Assembly (NCBI GenBank): GCA_001002325.1
Contig: LCNZ01000002.1
Coordinates: forward strand, 7,093 to 71,092
Length of the DNA stretch: 64,000 nucleotides
Source of the DNA: Candidatus Amesbacteria bacterium GW2011_GWB1_47_19
GTDB taxonomy: Bacteria > Patescibacteriota > Microgenomatia > CAZETR01 > Amesbacteraceae
Reading direction: 5' to 3'
A program made the position numbers and the translations under genes. Positions 28,183-35,923 of the stretch are shown here, piece by piece. Under the pieces are notes generated by a model. That model was not told the DNA's origin, did no database searches, and saw only the letters and a program-made list of their open reading frames with translations. Every line of letters starts with the position of its first letter. Positions within the stretch are counted from its first letter, which is position 1.

Positions 28183-29476
28183 ACATAATGAGGATATGGA
28201 GATCGGAATTTTAGGACTTTGGCACCTGGGATGTGTTTACTCTACGGGACTGGCAAAATATGGTTATAAAGTTACGGGGTTCGATACAGATCAGCAAATT
28301 GTAGCCAGGCTCAATAAATCAACCCCACCGGTTTTTGAGCCCAATTTGGTTGAAGAAATTAATAATCATTTAAACAAAAACCTTACCTTCACCAGTGATC
28401 CAATTAAAGCCATAAAGCATAAAAAATATGTTTTCATCACTTTGGATGTTCCGGTAGATAATCATGACAAGTTAATAATTCGACCATTAAATAACCTAAT
28501 CAGATTAGTATTGCTCCATTGTTCTCCTGGTACCGCCGTTGTGGTTTCCAGCCAAGTCCCGGTGGGAACCATGCGAAATTTACATCAAAAACTTATGCAA
28601 AAAAACGGTTCCCTTGGTATATGCTTTCCTGAAAATGTTAGGTTGGGTCAGGCTTTTAAGACATTTCTAAAACCCGATAGGATTGTACTGGGAATCGACG
28701 CAAAATCTTCATTGATTAATTTCAAGAAAGATTTTCCCATATTTAATTGCCCGGCTCTGGATATGAGTTTTGAATCAGCTGAAATGGTAAAACACACTTT
28801 AAATTCTTATTTAGCAGTGATGATCAGCTTTGCCAGCGAAGTATGTGATATTTGCGAATTGATCGGTGCGGATTATTCAAAAGTTCTTTCCGCCCTCAGG
28901 TCGGATTCCCGTGTTAGTCCGTCAGCTCCTTTAAACCCCGGCATCGGTTTTGCCGGAGGCACTATTGGCAGGGATATTCAGGTCTTGAAAAGCATCACGG
29001 CCAAGCTGGATTATTCACCCAAATTAATCAAAACTGCATATCAGGTTAATCAGGATAGACTGGATAAGTTGATAAACAAGACACAATTCTTATTAGGAAA
29101 TATTAAAGGTAAAAATATCGGCCTTTTAGGTCTGACTTACAAACCGGGTACTGACACTCTTCGGCGGTCAAAATCTCTTGAACTTGCGCATAGGCTGATC
29201 AGCAAGGGCGCAGCGGTTAGGGGATACGATCCGGCTATCAAACCGGCAGTAAAATTACCGGTAAAAATTGATGTAGCCGAAAACTTAGCGTCATTTTTCA
29301 ATCAGCTGGACCTGGCGATCACTATGACCCCATGGCTGGAATTTAAAAATATAACTGCAGATGATCTCAAACCTATGAAAAAATATTTGGTGTTGGACGC
29401 CCTAAATATTCTCAGTCCGGACTTGAAAAAACAACTACCCTCTTTAAAATACCTTCGTACCGGAGTAAGTCAATAA
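28175..29476 (+). CDS. UDP-glucose/GDP-mannose dehydrogenase family protein lacking the catalytic Cys
   Basis: GLWHLG, SSQVPVGT, PENVRLG, SAEMVKHTLN, GFAGGTIGRD, LGLTYKPGTDTLRRS motifs. Confidence 0.9.
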   Translation: MNKHNEDMEIGILGLWHLGCVYSTGLAKYGYKVTGFDTDQQIVARLNKSTPPVFEPNLVEEINNHLNKNLTFTSDPIKAIKHKKYVFITLDVPVDNHDKLIIRPLNNLIRLVLLHCSPGTAVVVSSQVPVGTMRNLHQKLMQKNGSLGICFPENVRLGQAFKTFLKPDRIVLGIDAKSSLINFKKDFPIFNCPALDMSFESAEMVKHTLNSYLAVMISFASEVCDICELIGADYSKVLSALRSDSRVSPSAPLNPGIGFAGGTIGRDIQVLKSITAKLDYSPKLIKTAYQVNQDRLDKLINKTQFLLGNIKGKNIGLLGLTYKPGTDTLRRSKSLELAHRLISKGAAVRGYDPAIKPAVKLPVKIDVAENLASFFNQLDLAITMTPWLEFKNITADDLKPMKKYLVLDALNILSPDLKKQLPSLKYLRTGVSQ

Positions 29477-29481
29477 TTCAA

Positions 29482-30198
29482 TTATTTATCTGATGAATAG
29501 TGATCCCGGGTAAAATTCAAATTGGCTAAATTTCCAGTGTCGTACCATTTCTTAAGTTCGATAGCTTTGAATTTAATTCCCTTATTCACCATTAATTGCA
29601 TTGCTGCACAATCATTTAGCGACGAGTCGTTTGGATTTGCATTATACAATTTTCCCAAAGCGGACCAAAAATCCTTATAATCCTTTAGACCTACTAGTCC
29701 GATGTGAAATAAGTCCCATTCCGATGCCCCCTTGCGATTCATTTGCTTCATATATCCGTCTTTAATGGTAAAAGAACTCAAGTATTTAGTGTTAAATAAC
29801 TCGGGATCCAATCCTTTCGACCCCCCGTTCCAGTTGAATTTTTCCGGTGAAGGAAGGGAACCTTTTATTATCGTGTCGTTGCAGTGGAATATAAAAGGGC
29901 ATTGGAGTTTGTCTTTTGCCCTGAGCATTGAGTAACCTAAACTACTTCCGTCTCCCTGGTATTTATCTACCCATACAAACGTAAATTTCCTTCCCGGATA
30001 GGCTTTTATTAAATAGTCCCTGATCTTATATCCAAAATACCCCAGAGTGATTACAGATTCAATATCTGGAGAATATAGGTCGACTATATAATTTATTACG
30101 GGTCGCTTATTTAATAGAACCAACGATTTGTTGGTTTTGGCTGTCAATTCACCCAATCTGGATCCGGTGCCGGAAGTGGTAATTAATATTTTATACAT
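29482..30198 (-). CDS. Stand-alone nucleotidyltransferase (LicC/NTP_transferase-like)
   Basis: TSGTGSRLGELT..TNKSL, HCND, WYDTGN motifs; paralogous to the N-terminal domain of 34355..35923. Confidence 0.85.
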   Translation of the reverse strand: MYKILITTSGTGSRLGELTAKTNKSLVLLNKRPVINYIVDLYSPDIESVITLGYFGYKIRDYLIKAYPGRKFTFVWVDKYQGDGSSLGYSMLRAKDKLQCPFIFHCNDTIIKGSLPSPEKFNWNGGSKGLDPELFNTKYLSSFTIKDGYMKQMNRKGASEWDLFHIGLVGLKDYKDFWSALGKLYNANPNDSSLNDCAAMQLMVNKGIKFKAIELKKWYDTGNLANLNFTRDHYSSDK

Positions 30199-30332
30199 AA
30201 CAACATAACCTTTATTAGTTTAACACCTGCTCTTAAAGTTGAAGAGGTGATACTGGAAAGGTCTGTCAAAATTATATAAGAGATGCTAATAACAAACCAG
30301 CATTTTACAGACGTCAGCTTGAATCTTATAGC

Positions 30333-30566
30333 ATGACCATAACACAGATTACTGGAGTCGGATCGAATGTTGTCCAGGCAGCTTATGAATTAACGACAAG
30401 ATATTATTCCCAGGGATTAAGAGGTTATGAGCTTTTAGGCACAGTAAAAAGTAATATATTACGTCAACAGATAAAACGTCGCGGTAATCACAATTTAGAC
30501 CCTGACACAAATGATGTTATCCGACAGATTTTTGACGAGGTTTTAGATCAGGCACGGGGTAAATAA
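30333..30566 (+). CDS. Hypothetical protein (77 aa)
   Basis: ATG ORF in otherwise unoccupied sequence, converging on the next gene with an 8-bp gap. Confidence 0.55.
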   Translation: MTITQITGVGSNVVQAAYELTTRYYSQGLRGYELLGTVKSNILRQQIKRRGNHNLDPDTNDVIRQIFDEVLDQARGK

Positions 30567-30574
30567 TTTTGTCT

Positions 30575-31258
30575 TTATATTCGATTCAAAAAATTCCAGG
30601 TGTTTTCGGCATTTACAGACCCGACCGTCATTTGTAAAGGTTTAAAGCGCAAGGCAGGACGAATTCCGCTCATTTTGTAATATTGGGTCATATTACTCTC
30701 GTCTGGTAATTTTGTAAGTCTGGCAACAGAAATATGCAGAATATTAGTCAAGGGCAAGGGAGAGAATCCTTCTCGTATACCATCACTAGATACGGTTTCC
30801 CTAGCACTTAATATCACTTGCGGAATATTTGTGGCCGCTATAACAGTATTCCCGCCTTTATCCACGAACATATAGTCAAAACTAAGGGTTAACCCTGGAA
30901 GACGCCTTATATTGTTTTCACCCAAAATTATTTTTCTCATCTTCTCTTCCTTCTCGGGTATTACTGCATCCTCCCTTTTTATCTCAAGCACGGTTGAGTG
31001 TAATGGGAAGTCTATACCAGCCATAAACAATTCTGCCCCCGTTGACTCTGCCACCTTTTGCAAAGGTTCAGTAATCCGCTTTAAAAACTCCTGCTGAGAA
31101 CTCTCATCAAAAGTAAGAGTGATACCAAATCTTTTTCTCAACTCTTCTTCTGGAAAAGATTTAAATTCCACAAACTCGCCCTGCAATGCACCCTGGTAGC
31201 CGAGTCTTGCATTTCCAATATATTTTACAATTGTCGGTAATCTAGTAATTGTTTCCAT
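30575..31258 (-). CDS. Putative 2H phosphoesterase family protein
   Basis: Two H-x-S/T motifs (PLHSTV, ILHISVAR) about 85 aa apart. Start set at ATG 31258 by the promoter position. Confidence 0.6.
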   Translation of the reverse strand: METITRLPTIVKYIGNARLGYQGALQGEFVEFKSFPEEELRKRFGITLTFDESSQQEFLKRITEPLQKVAESTGAELFMAGIDFPLHSTVLEIKREDAVIPEKEEKMRKIILGENNIRRLPGLTLSFDYMFVDKGGNTVIAATNIPQVILSARETVSSDGIREGFSPLPLTNILHISVARLTKLPDESNMTQYYKMSGIRPALRFKPLQMTVGSVNAENTWNFLNRI

Positions 31259-31265
31259 CGGCCGT

Positions 31266-31294
31266 ATTGTACTAAGCAATTTAATAAAATGCAA
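31266..31294 (-). promoter_or_regulatory. Sigma70-type promoter, leaderless
   Basis: TTGCAT-17 nt-TACAAT-7 nt-ATG on the minus strand. Confidence 0.7.
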
Positions 31295-31363
31295 ACTTAC
31301 GTTGTATTTTCCTTTAATACCAAACTTCCAAAAAGAATAAAATATGGAAGTGAATTAGGCTTG
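31294..31363. repeat. About 70-bp dispersed repeat with internal hairpin, copy 1
   Basis: AACTTACGTTGTATTTTCCTTTAATACCAAACTTCCAAAAAGAATAAAATATGGAAGTGAATTAGGCTTG; closely matches 31766-31837. Confidence 0.85.
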
Positions 31364-31444
31364 AAGTGGATAGGGATACAGTTCACCTTTGAACCCTTGG
31401 GATAATGTGCTACCCCTTAGGTTTAATTGGCATGATTTTTTTAG

Positions 31445-31726
31445 CTAATCCAGATGATGTTTATACGCTCTCATGTCACGGGTTTTGACACCTCTAACCG
31501 CTGCTTTCCTGATTTGACGGTTGCGTTCACTAAAGTTCTCATCAATCCCGTCTTTTATTGCACCTCGTTCGACGATTTCTTCCATCGGACCGTCCGAGTC
31601 ACCATATGCACTCCGGGCAACTAAATTCGCTAACATATTTCCAAAAATCCGAAGCGTAGCATCAACCATGATTAACGGAATCATCAACATACAACCACTC
31701 TTCTCTGGGTTTTCTCGGCTAGCCAT
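31445..31726 (-). CDS. Hypothetical protein (93 aa)
   Basis: ATG ORF with a hydrophobic N-terminal segment, preceded by a consensus-like promoter. Confidence 0.6.
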   Translation of the reverse strand: MASRENPEKSGCMLMIPLIMVDATLRIFGNMLANLVARSAYGDSDGPMEEIVERGAIKDGIDENFSERNRQIRKAAVRGVKTRDMRAYKHHLD

Positions 31727-31738
31727 ATTACTAAATGG

Positions 31739-31767
31739 ATTTTATCACATTATAAGACTATATACAA
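31739..31767 (-). promoter_or_regulatory. Sigma70-type promoter with extended -10
   Basis: TTGTAT-17 nt-TAAAAT (TGa before the -10), 12 nt before ATG 31726. Confidence 0.65.
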
Positions 31768-31837
31768 CTTACGTTGTATTTTCCTATAATACCCGACTTC
31801 CGAAAAAAGAATATAATCTGGAAGTGAATTAAGCTTG
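31766..31837. repeat. About 70-bp dispersed repeat with internal hairpin, copy 2
   Basis: AACTTACGTTGTATTTTCCTATAATACCCGACTTCCGAAAAAAGAATATAATCTGGAAGTGAATTAAGCTTG. Confidence 0.85.
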
Positions 31838-32074
31838 GCCGGAGTCGATTACCCCGCTCACTCTACAGTATTAGAATTTCAAGATTCCGACCAGTCGGTT
31901 TCACCCCAAACCTCAGAAGCCTTAAAAAAAGCTACTTCTTCCACCAGGCTTTCATTAGAGAGAATACCCTTGAGCCGTTTCCAGCATCCCTGAAGAAATT
32001 ACTCGGGCCGGCGACAACCTGGTTGCCATTGGAAATACTCAACAATTAGATCCTCTCCGTAACCTGGGACTTCC

Positions 32075-32992
32075 TCACCGGACCCCAACCCTGAAATCAA
32101 CATATCCGCGATAACACTCCTGAGCTAGAGTTAAAAGCTTCCCATGTATATCCGGATTGCAGGCACCGATAGCCACAGACTTCGTCTCCGCGGTGACCGG
32201 GTTATCTTCTAAATCTGTAGCCACTCCGCCGGCCTGTTCAGTCGCAAAGGCCCCGCATCTCACATCCCACTCACCTCCGATTGCGTGCGTAATCCAAGCG
32301 TGTCCTCTGGTAATAGCCTGACGTTGATTATTCACATTGCTGCCGGCCGACAATAAACTAATATCCGCGTCTAAAATATCCGGCAATCTGGCAATCATCG
32401 CCGAGTAGGGCCCGGCTGTAGTCGTTCGCAAAGTAGTATCCATAAATACGGTCGCCCTTTTTTTGTCCGGTTGCGGCATATGAACTTTCTCAATATGTTC
32501 CCCAGTGGGTATTAGTTTTTCATCTAGACCTACCTGGTATACCAAGCCTGTTTGACAAACTAATAACTCGCGCGAAAAAGGATCACAAATTGCACCCGCC
32601 AGAGGGCAGCCGTTTTCTTCTACAATCACTGTAGTTGTAGAGCCGGCAAGCCCGCCCTTATAAATACCGGTTCCATCCAGCGGATCAAAGATCCACCTTC
32701 GCCTACTTTCGCTTTTGCCTGAAGTACCTGATTCTTCTCCGGTAATTAAATCATGAGGGTATTTGTTAGTAATAATGTTTGCAATAACCGCCTCTGAAAT
32801 TCGATCTGCCTTTGTTTGCCACGTATTATCATGAGTCTTCAAAATCGCCACTAAATCTCCTGACCGGTGAAAACGCACTAATTTACGGCCACCCAAGATA
32901 GCCGCTTCAGCACAGACGATCGCATCTTTAGAAAATCCTAAATTCGTCAGTAACTCAGTTGGTCTGGCTTCTTCTTCCCTTAAGTTTCGCAC
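32075..32992 (-). CDS. Inositol monophosphatase family phosphatase (second, divergent)
   Basis: TKADRISE, GEESG, WIFDPLDGT, WDVRCG...EQAGG motifs; GTG start with TATAAT 10 nt upstream. Confidence 0.85.
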   Translation of the reverse strand: MRNLREEEARPTELLTNLGFSKDAIVCAEAAILGGRKLVRFHRSGDLVAILKTHDNTWQTKADRISEAVIANIITNKYPHDLITGEESGTSGKSESRRRWIFDPLDGTGIYKGGLAGSTTTVIVEENGCPLAGAICDPFSRELLVCQTGLVYQVGLDEKLIPTGEHIEKVHMPQPDKKRATVFMDTTLRTTTAGPYSAMIARLPDILDADISLLSAGSNVNNQRQAITRGHAWITHAIGGEWDVRCGAFATEQAGGVATDLEDNPVTAETKSVAIGACNPDIHGKLLTLAQECYRGYVDFRVGVR

Positions 32993-33074
32993 AGTGGAAA
33001 GGATTATATCACACTATAAGTTTAGTATACTTATTATTTATACCCCGGAAAGTAATCGTGATACAATCGATTCT

Positions 33075-33629
33075 ATGGTCAAACCCCGGACCAGATTAAT
33101 ACTCAAAGAGATTAAACAGGTCCTAGATCACGTCGATGAGAAACAAGCCATAGATTTTATTAATGTCATTTTAAGTGCCAGGAGAATCGTTGTTTGTGGC
33201 GCGGGCAGAGTCGGAATTGCAACCAGTGCATTCGGTATGCGCTTATCACAATTAGGTTTGTCCGCCTTTAGTATAGGAGACAGTAATGTGCCCAGTATCG
33301 GTAAGCGGGATGTCTTACTAACCGCATCAGGTTCGGGAGAAACACAAACCATAATCGATATCACCTCAAGAGCAAAACAAAATGAGGTAAAAATCGCCTT
33401 AATAACAGCTAGCCCCAAATCAAGACTTGCCCAGATGGCTGATTGCATACTCATACTCAACTCCCCGACAAAATATAGCGATCATAAAAGTATTGAAACC
33501 AAACAGCCAATGACTGCACTAAATGAACAATGTCTCTGGATATTTTATGATTCTTTAGTTCTAGAACTCATGGAAATTATGGGTGAAACTAGTCAAAGTA
33601 TGTGGGCTAGACACTCGACTTTAGAATAA
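33075..33629 (+). CDS. SIS isomerase, 6-phospho-3-hexuloisomerase (HxlB/Phi)-like
   Basis: CGAGRVG, FGMRLSQLG, ASGSGET, C-terminal RHSTLE. ATG 33075 lies 7 nt after an extended -10 TGaTACAAT. Confidence 0.85.
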   Translation: MVKPRTRLILKEIKQVLDHVDEKQAIDFINVILSARRIVVCGAGRVGIATSAFGMRLSQLGLSAFSIGDSNVPSIGKRDVLLTASGSGETQTIIDITSRAKQNEVKIALITASPKSRLAQMADCILILNSPTKYSDHKSIETKQPMTALNEQCLWIFYDSLVLELMEIMGETSQSMWARHSTLE

Positions 33630-33656
33630 AAAATTATTGTTATAATTATTAAACAA

Positions 33657-34358
33657 ATGAATAAATCATTAAAAGTAAAAACTTCGGACAGGAATTATTG
33701 GCTATCTGCTTCTTTGATTTGCGCAGATGTCAACAATCTTGCGGATGATGTAAGAATATTGGAACTATCGGGTATGGACTTTTTACACATTGACGTTATG
33801 GATGGCATGTTCGTTCCCCGATTCGGCATGTTTCCCGAACAGGTCGCCGGTATCAGGAAAATCTCTTCACTTCCGATGGATCTTCATTTAATGGTAGAAA
33901 ATCCGGAGCCTTACTTTGAAACGTTTCGTGATGCCGGCGTTGATTATATAAGTGTGCATGTTGAAGTTTGTAGGCATTTAAATCGCACGGTTTCTCTCAT
34001 CAAAAAGTTAGGCTGCAAAGCCGGATTAGCAATTAACCCTGCTACTCCAATTGAATTTCTGCCATATGTCCTGGATGATATCAAAATGATTAATCTTATG
34101 GGTATAAATCCTGGCATAGTAGGTCATAAGTTAATCGGGTTTACTTATGAAAAAATTCGTAGATTAAAATCAATTGTCGGCGAGCGGGATATTTTCATCG
34201 AGATTGATGGAGGTGTTACAACCGAATCCGCTTCCGAGATGATTCAAGCCGGTGCGAACATGTTAGTGTGTGGTTCGTCAACTGTCTTTAGAAAAGAAAT
34301 GTCTATCACCAAGGCAATTGAATCATTAAGGGTAAATATCGAAAAGTCCATTAAATGA
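33657..34358 (+). CDS. rpe: Ribulose-phosphate 3-epimerase family (Rpe/AlsE-like)
   Basis: LHIDVMDGMFVP, DLHLMV, SVHVE, IEIDGGV, VCGSS motifs; TGtTATAAT 10 nt upstream. Confidence 0.85.
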   Translation: MNKSLKVKTSDRNYWLSASLICADVNNLADDVRILELSGMDFLHIDVMDGMFVPRFGMFPEQVAGIRKISSLPMDLHLMVENPEPYFETFRDAGVDYISVHVEVCRHLNRTVSLIKKLGCKAGLAINPATPIEFLPYVLDDIKMINLMGINPGIVGHKLIGFTYEKIRRLKSIVGERDIFIEIDGGVTTESASEMIQAGANMLVCGSSTVFRKEMSITKAIESLRVNIEKSIK

Positions 34359-35923
34359 AATATAAAGTTTTGATAACCACTTCTGGTACGGGGTTTAGGA
34401 TGGGTAGTTTGGTCGAAGATACAAACCAAACCCTTATAAAAGTCGGCGAAAAACCTATTTTGTCCCGCATAGTTGAATCCTACCCCCAAAATATTACTTT
34501 GGTGATCACACTGGGCTATTACGGTCAATACGTCAAGGACTTCTTGGAAATTGCGTATCCGGATAGAAAGTTTGAATTTATATGGGTTGATAAATACACC
34601 GGTAGGGGTAGCAGTTTAGTCTATTCAATATCAAAAGCTTCTGCCAAGCTTCAATGCCCGTTTATTTATCACGCGGGTGATACATTAGTCAAAGAAACGA
34701 TTCCGCCACCAAATGCTAACTGGAATGGGGGAATGCTTAATTTAAATCTTTCACAATATCGCTCTTTCGACATCCTTAAAGATAAGGTAGTTAAGTTTTA
34801 CGATAAAGGTGTGGATGATACAGATTATGTTCACATCGGTCTATTAGGTATCAAAGATTATGAATTATTTTGGAAAAGTTTGAGATCAATTCTAAAAGCA
34901 AGCAATCCTGATATCACTTACTTAAGTGATGTTCATGTTTTAGCAAAAATGCTGGAGTTAGGTACCGAGTTTAAATTAGAGAAATATGAAACCTGGCACG
35001 ATGTTGGTTATCCTGAAGGATTATATAAAGCCAGAGTTGATTATAGAGATAAATATACCGTCCTAGACAAAAAGAGTGAAGCCATATATTTCGTCGGTAA
35101 TAAAGTTATAAAATTTTTTTCAGAATCAAATGTAGTCAGTGATCGGATAAAACGGGCAGAGTTATTATCTGGTTTAGTACCTAAAATTGTTAACGAGAGA
35201 TCTAACTTCTATGCATATTCATATGTAAAAGGTGATTTATTTGCAAATATTGTAAACAAAAATAATTTTTTGGATTTATTAAAATGGGCGTCTAAATATT
35301 TATGGCAGCCGCTGAAAGATTTAGACAAAAATGAATTCGTAAAAGCTTGTATCAAATTCTACAAAGAAAAAACATATGAGCGGGTAAAAATGTATCTTAA
35401 AAAGAAAATAATTAACGATAAAGCAGATAGAATTAACGGATTAGACACTCCATCAATTTCGGATGTTTTATCAAAAGTGGATTTTATTGAAATATGTCAG
35501 ACCGAACCATACAGATTTCATGGAGACTTTATTCTGGATAATATATTAAAAACTGAAAATGGATTTTGTCTACTGGATTGGAGACAGGATTTCGGTGGTA
35601 GAATCGATATGGGAGATCGCTATTATGATTTGAGTAAGTTGAGCCATAATTTATTAGTCAATCATCGAAAAGTAAATGGACATCAATTCAAAATAATAGA
35701 ACAGGATCGTGATATTACCTGTGAGGTTGAAAGAGAACAGAGATTTATAGATTGTGAAAATATACTTTTTGACTTCATTAATCAAAATAATTACAATGCT
35801 CGGCGGGTTAAAGTATTAAGAGGTATAATTTGGTTGAATATGTCACCTTTACATGAACCTCCTCTCGATGACTTTTTATATTATTTTGGTAAATATCATC
35901 TTTGGAAGAGCCTGAATGAATAA
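34355..35923 (+). CDS. Nucleotidyltransferase fused to APH/choline-kinase-like phosphotransferase
   Basis: N-terminal TSGTGFRMG...WHDVG; C-terminal FHGDFILDNIL, LLDWR, DRYYDLSKL. Confidence 0.8.
   Translation: MKYKVLITTSGTGFRMGSLVEDTNQTLIKVGEKPILSRIVESYPQNITLVITLGYYGQYVKDFLEIAYPDRKFEFIWVDKYTGRGSSLVYSISKASAKLQCPFIYHAGDTLVKETIPPPNANWNGGMLNLNLSQYRSFDILKDKVVKFYDKGVDDTDYVHIGLLGIKDYELFWKSLRSILKASNPDITYLSDVHVLAKMLELGTEFKLEKYETWHDVGYPEGLYKARVDYRDKYTVLDKKSEAIYFVGNKVIKFFSESNVVSDRIKRAELLSGLVPKIVNERSNFYAYSYVKGDLFANIVNKNNFLDLLKWASKYLWQPLKDLDKNEFVKACIKFYKEKTYERVKMYLKKKIINDKADRINGLDTPSISDVLSKVDFIEICQTEPYRFHGDFILDNILKTENGFCLLDWRQDFGGRIDMGDRYYDLSKLSHNLLVNHRKVNGHQFKIIEQDRDITCEVEREQRFIDCENILFDFINQNNYNARRVKVLRGIIWLNMSPLHEPPLDDFLYYFGKYHLWKSLNE

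Noticed and set aside
21504-29476. A true lincosamide antibiotic cluster
   Set aside because: No aminotransferase, propylproline, condensation (LmbC/D/T) or resistance genes are present, and the context is glycosyltransferases and flippases.
30199-30332. Weak inverted repeats in the intergenic gap (possible terminator or IS end)
   Set aside because: The stems are only about 5 bp, with no U-tract and no transposase nearby.
31294-31837. CRISPR array or canonical integron attC interpretation of the 70-bp repeat
   Set aside because: There are only two copies about 400 bp apart, no cas or intI gene, and no RYYYAAC/GTTRRRY cores.
31838-32074. Possible pseudogene remnant on the minus strand
   Set aside because: The frames I read are interrupted by stops and resemble no family I recognise.
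33075-34358. RuMP formaldehyde fixation or housekeeping pentose-phosphate role for the Phi-like and Rpe genes
   Set aside because: No hexulose-6-phosphate synthase or transketolase is adjacent, and the genes are coupled to nucleotidyltransferase and GT genes. A housekeeping role cannot be fully excluded.
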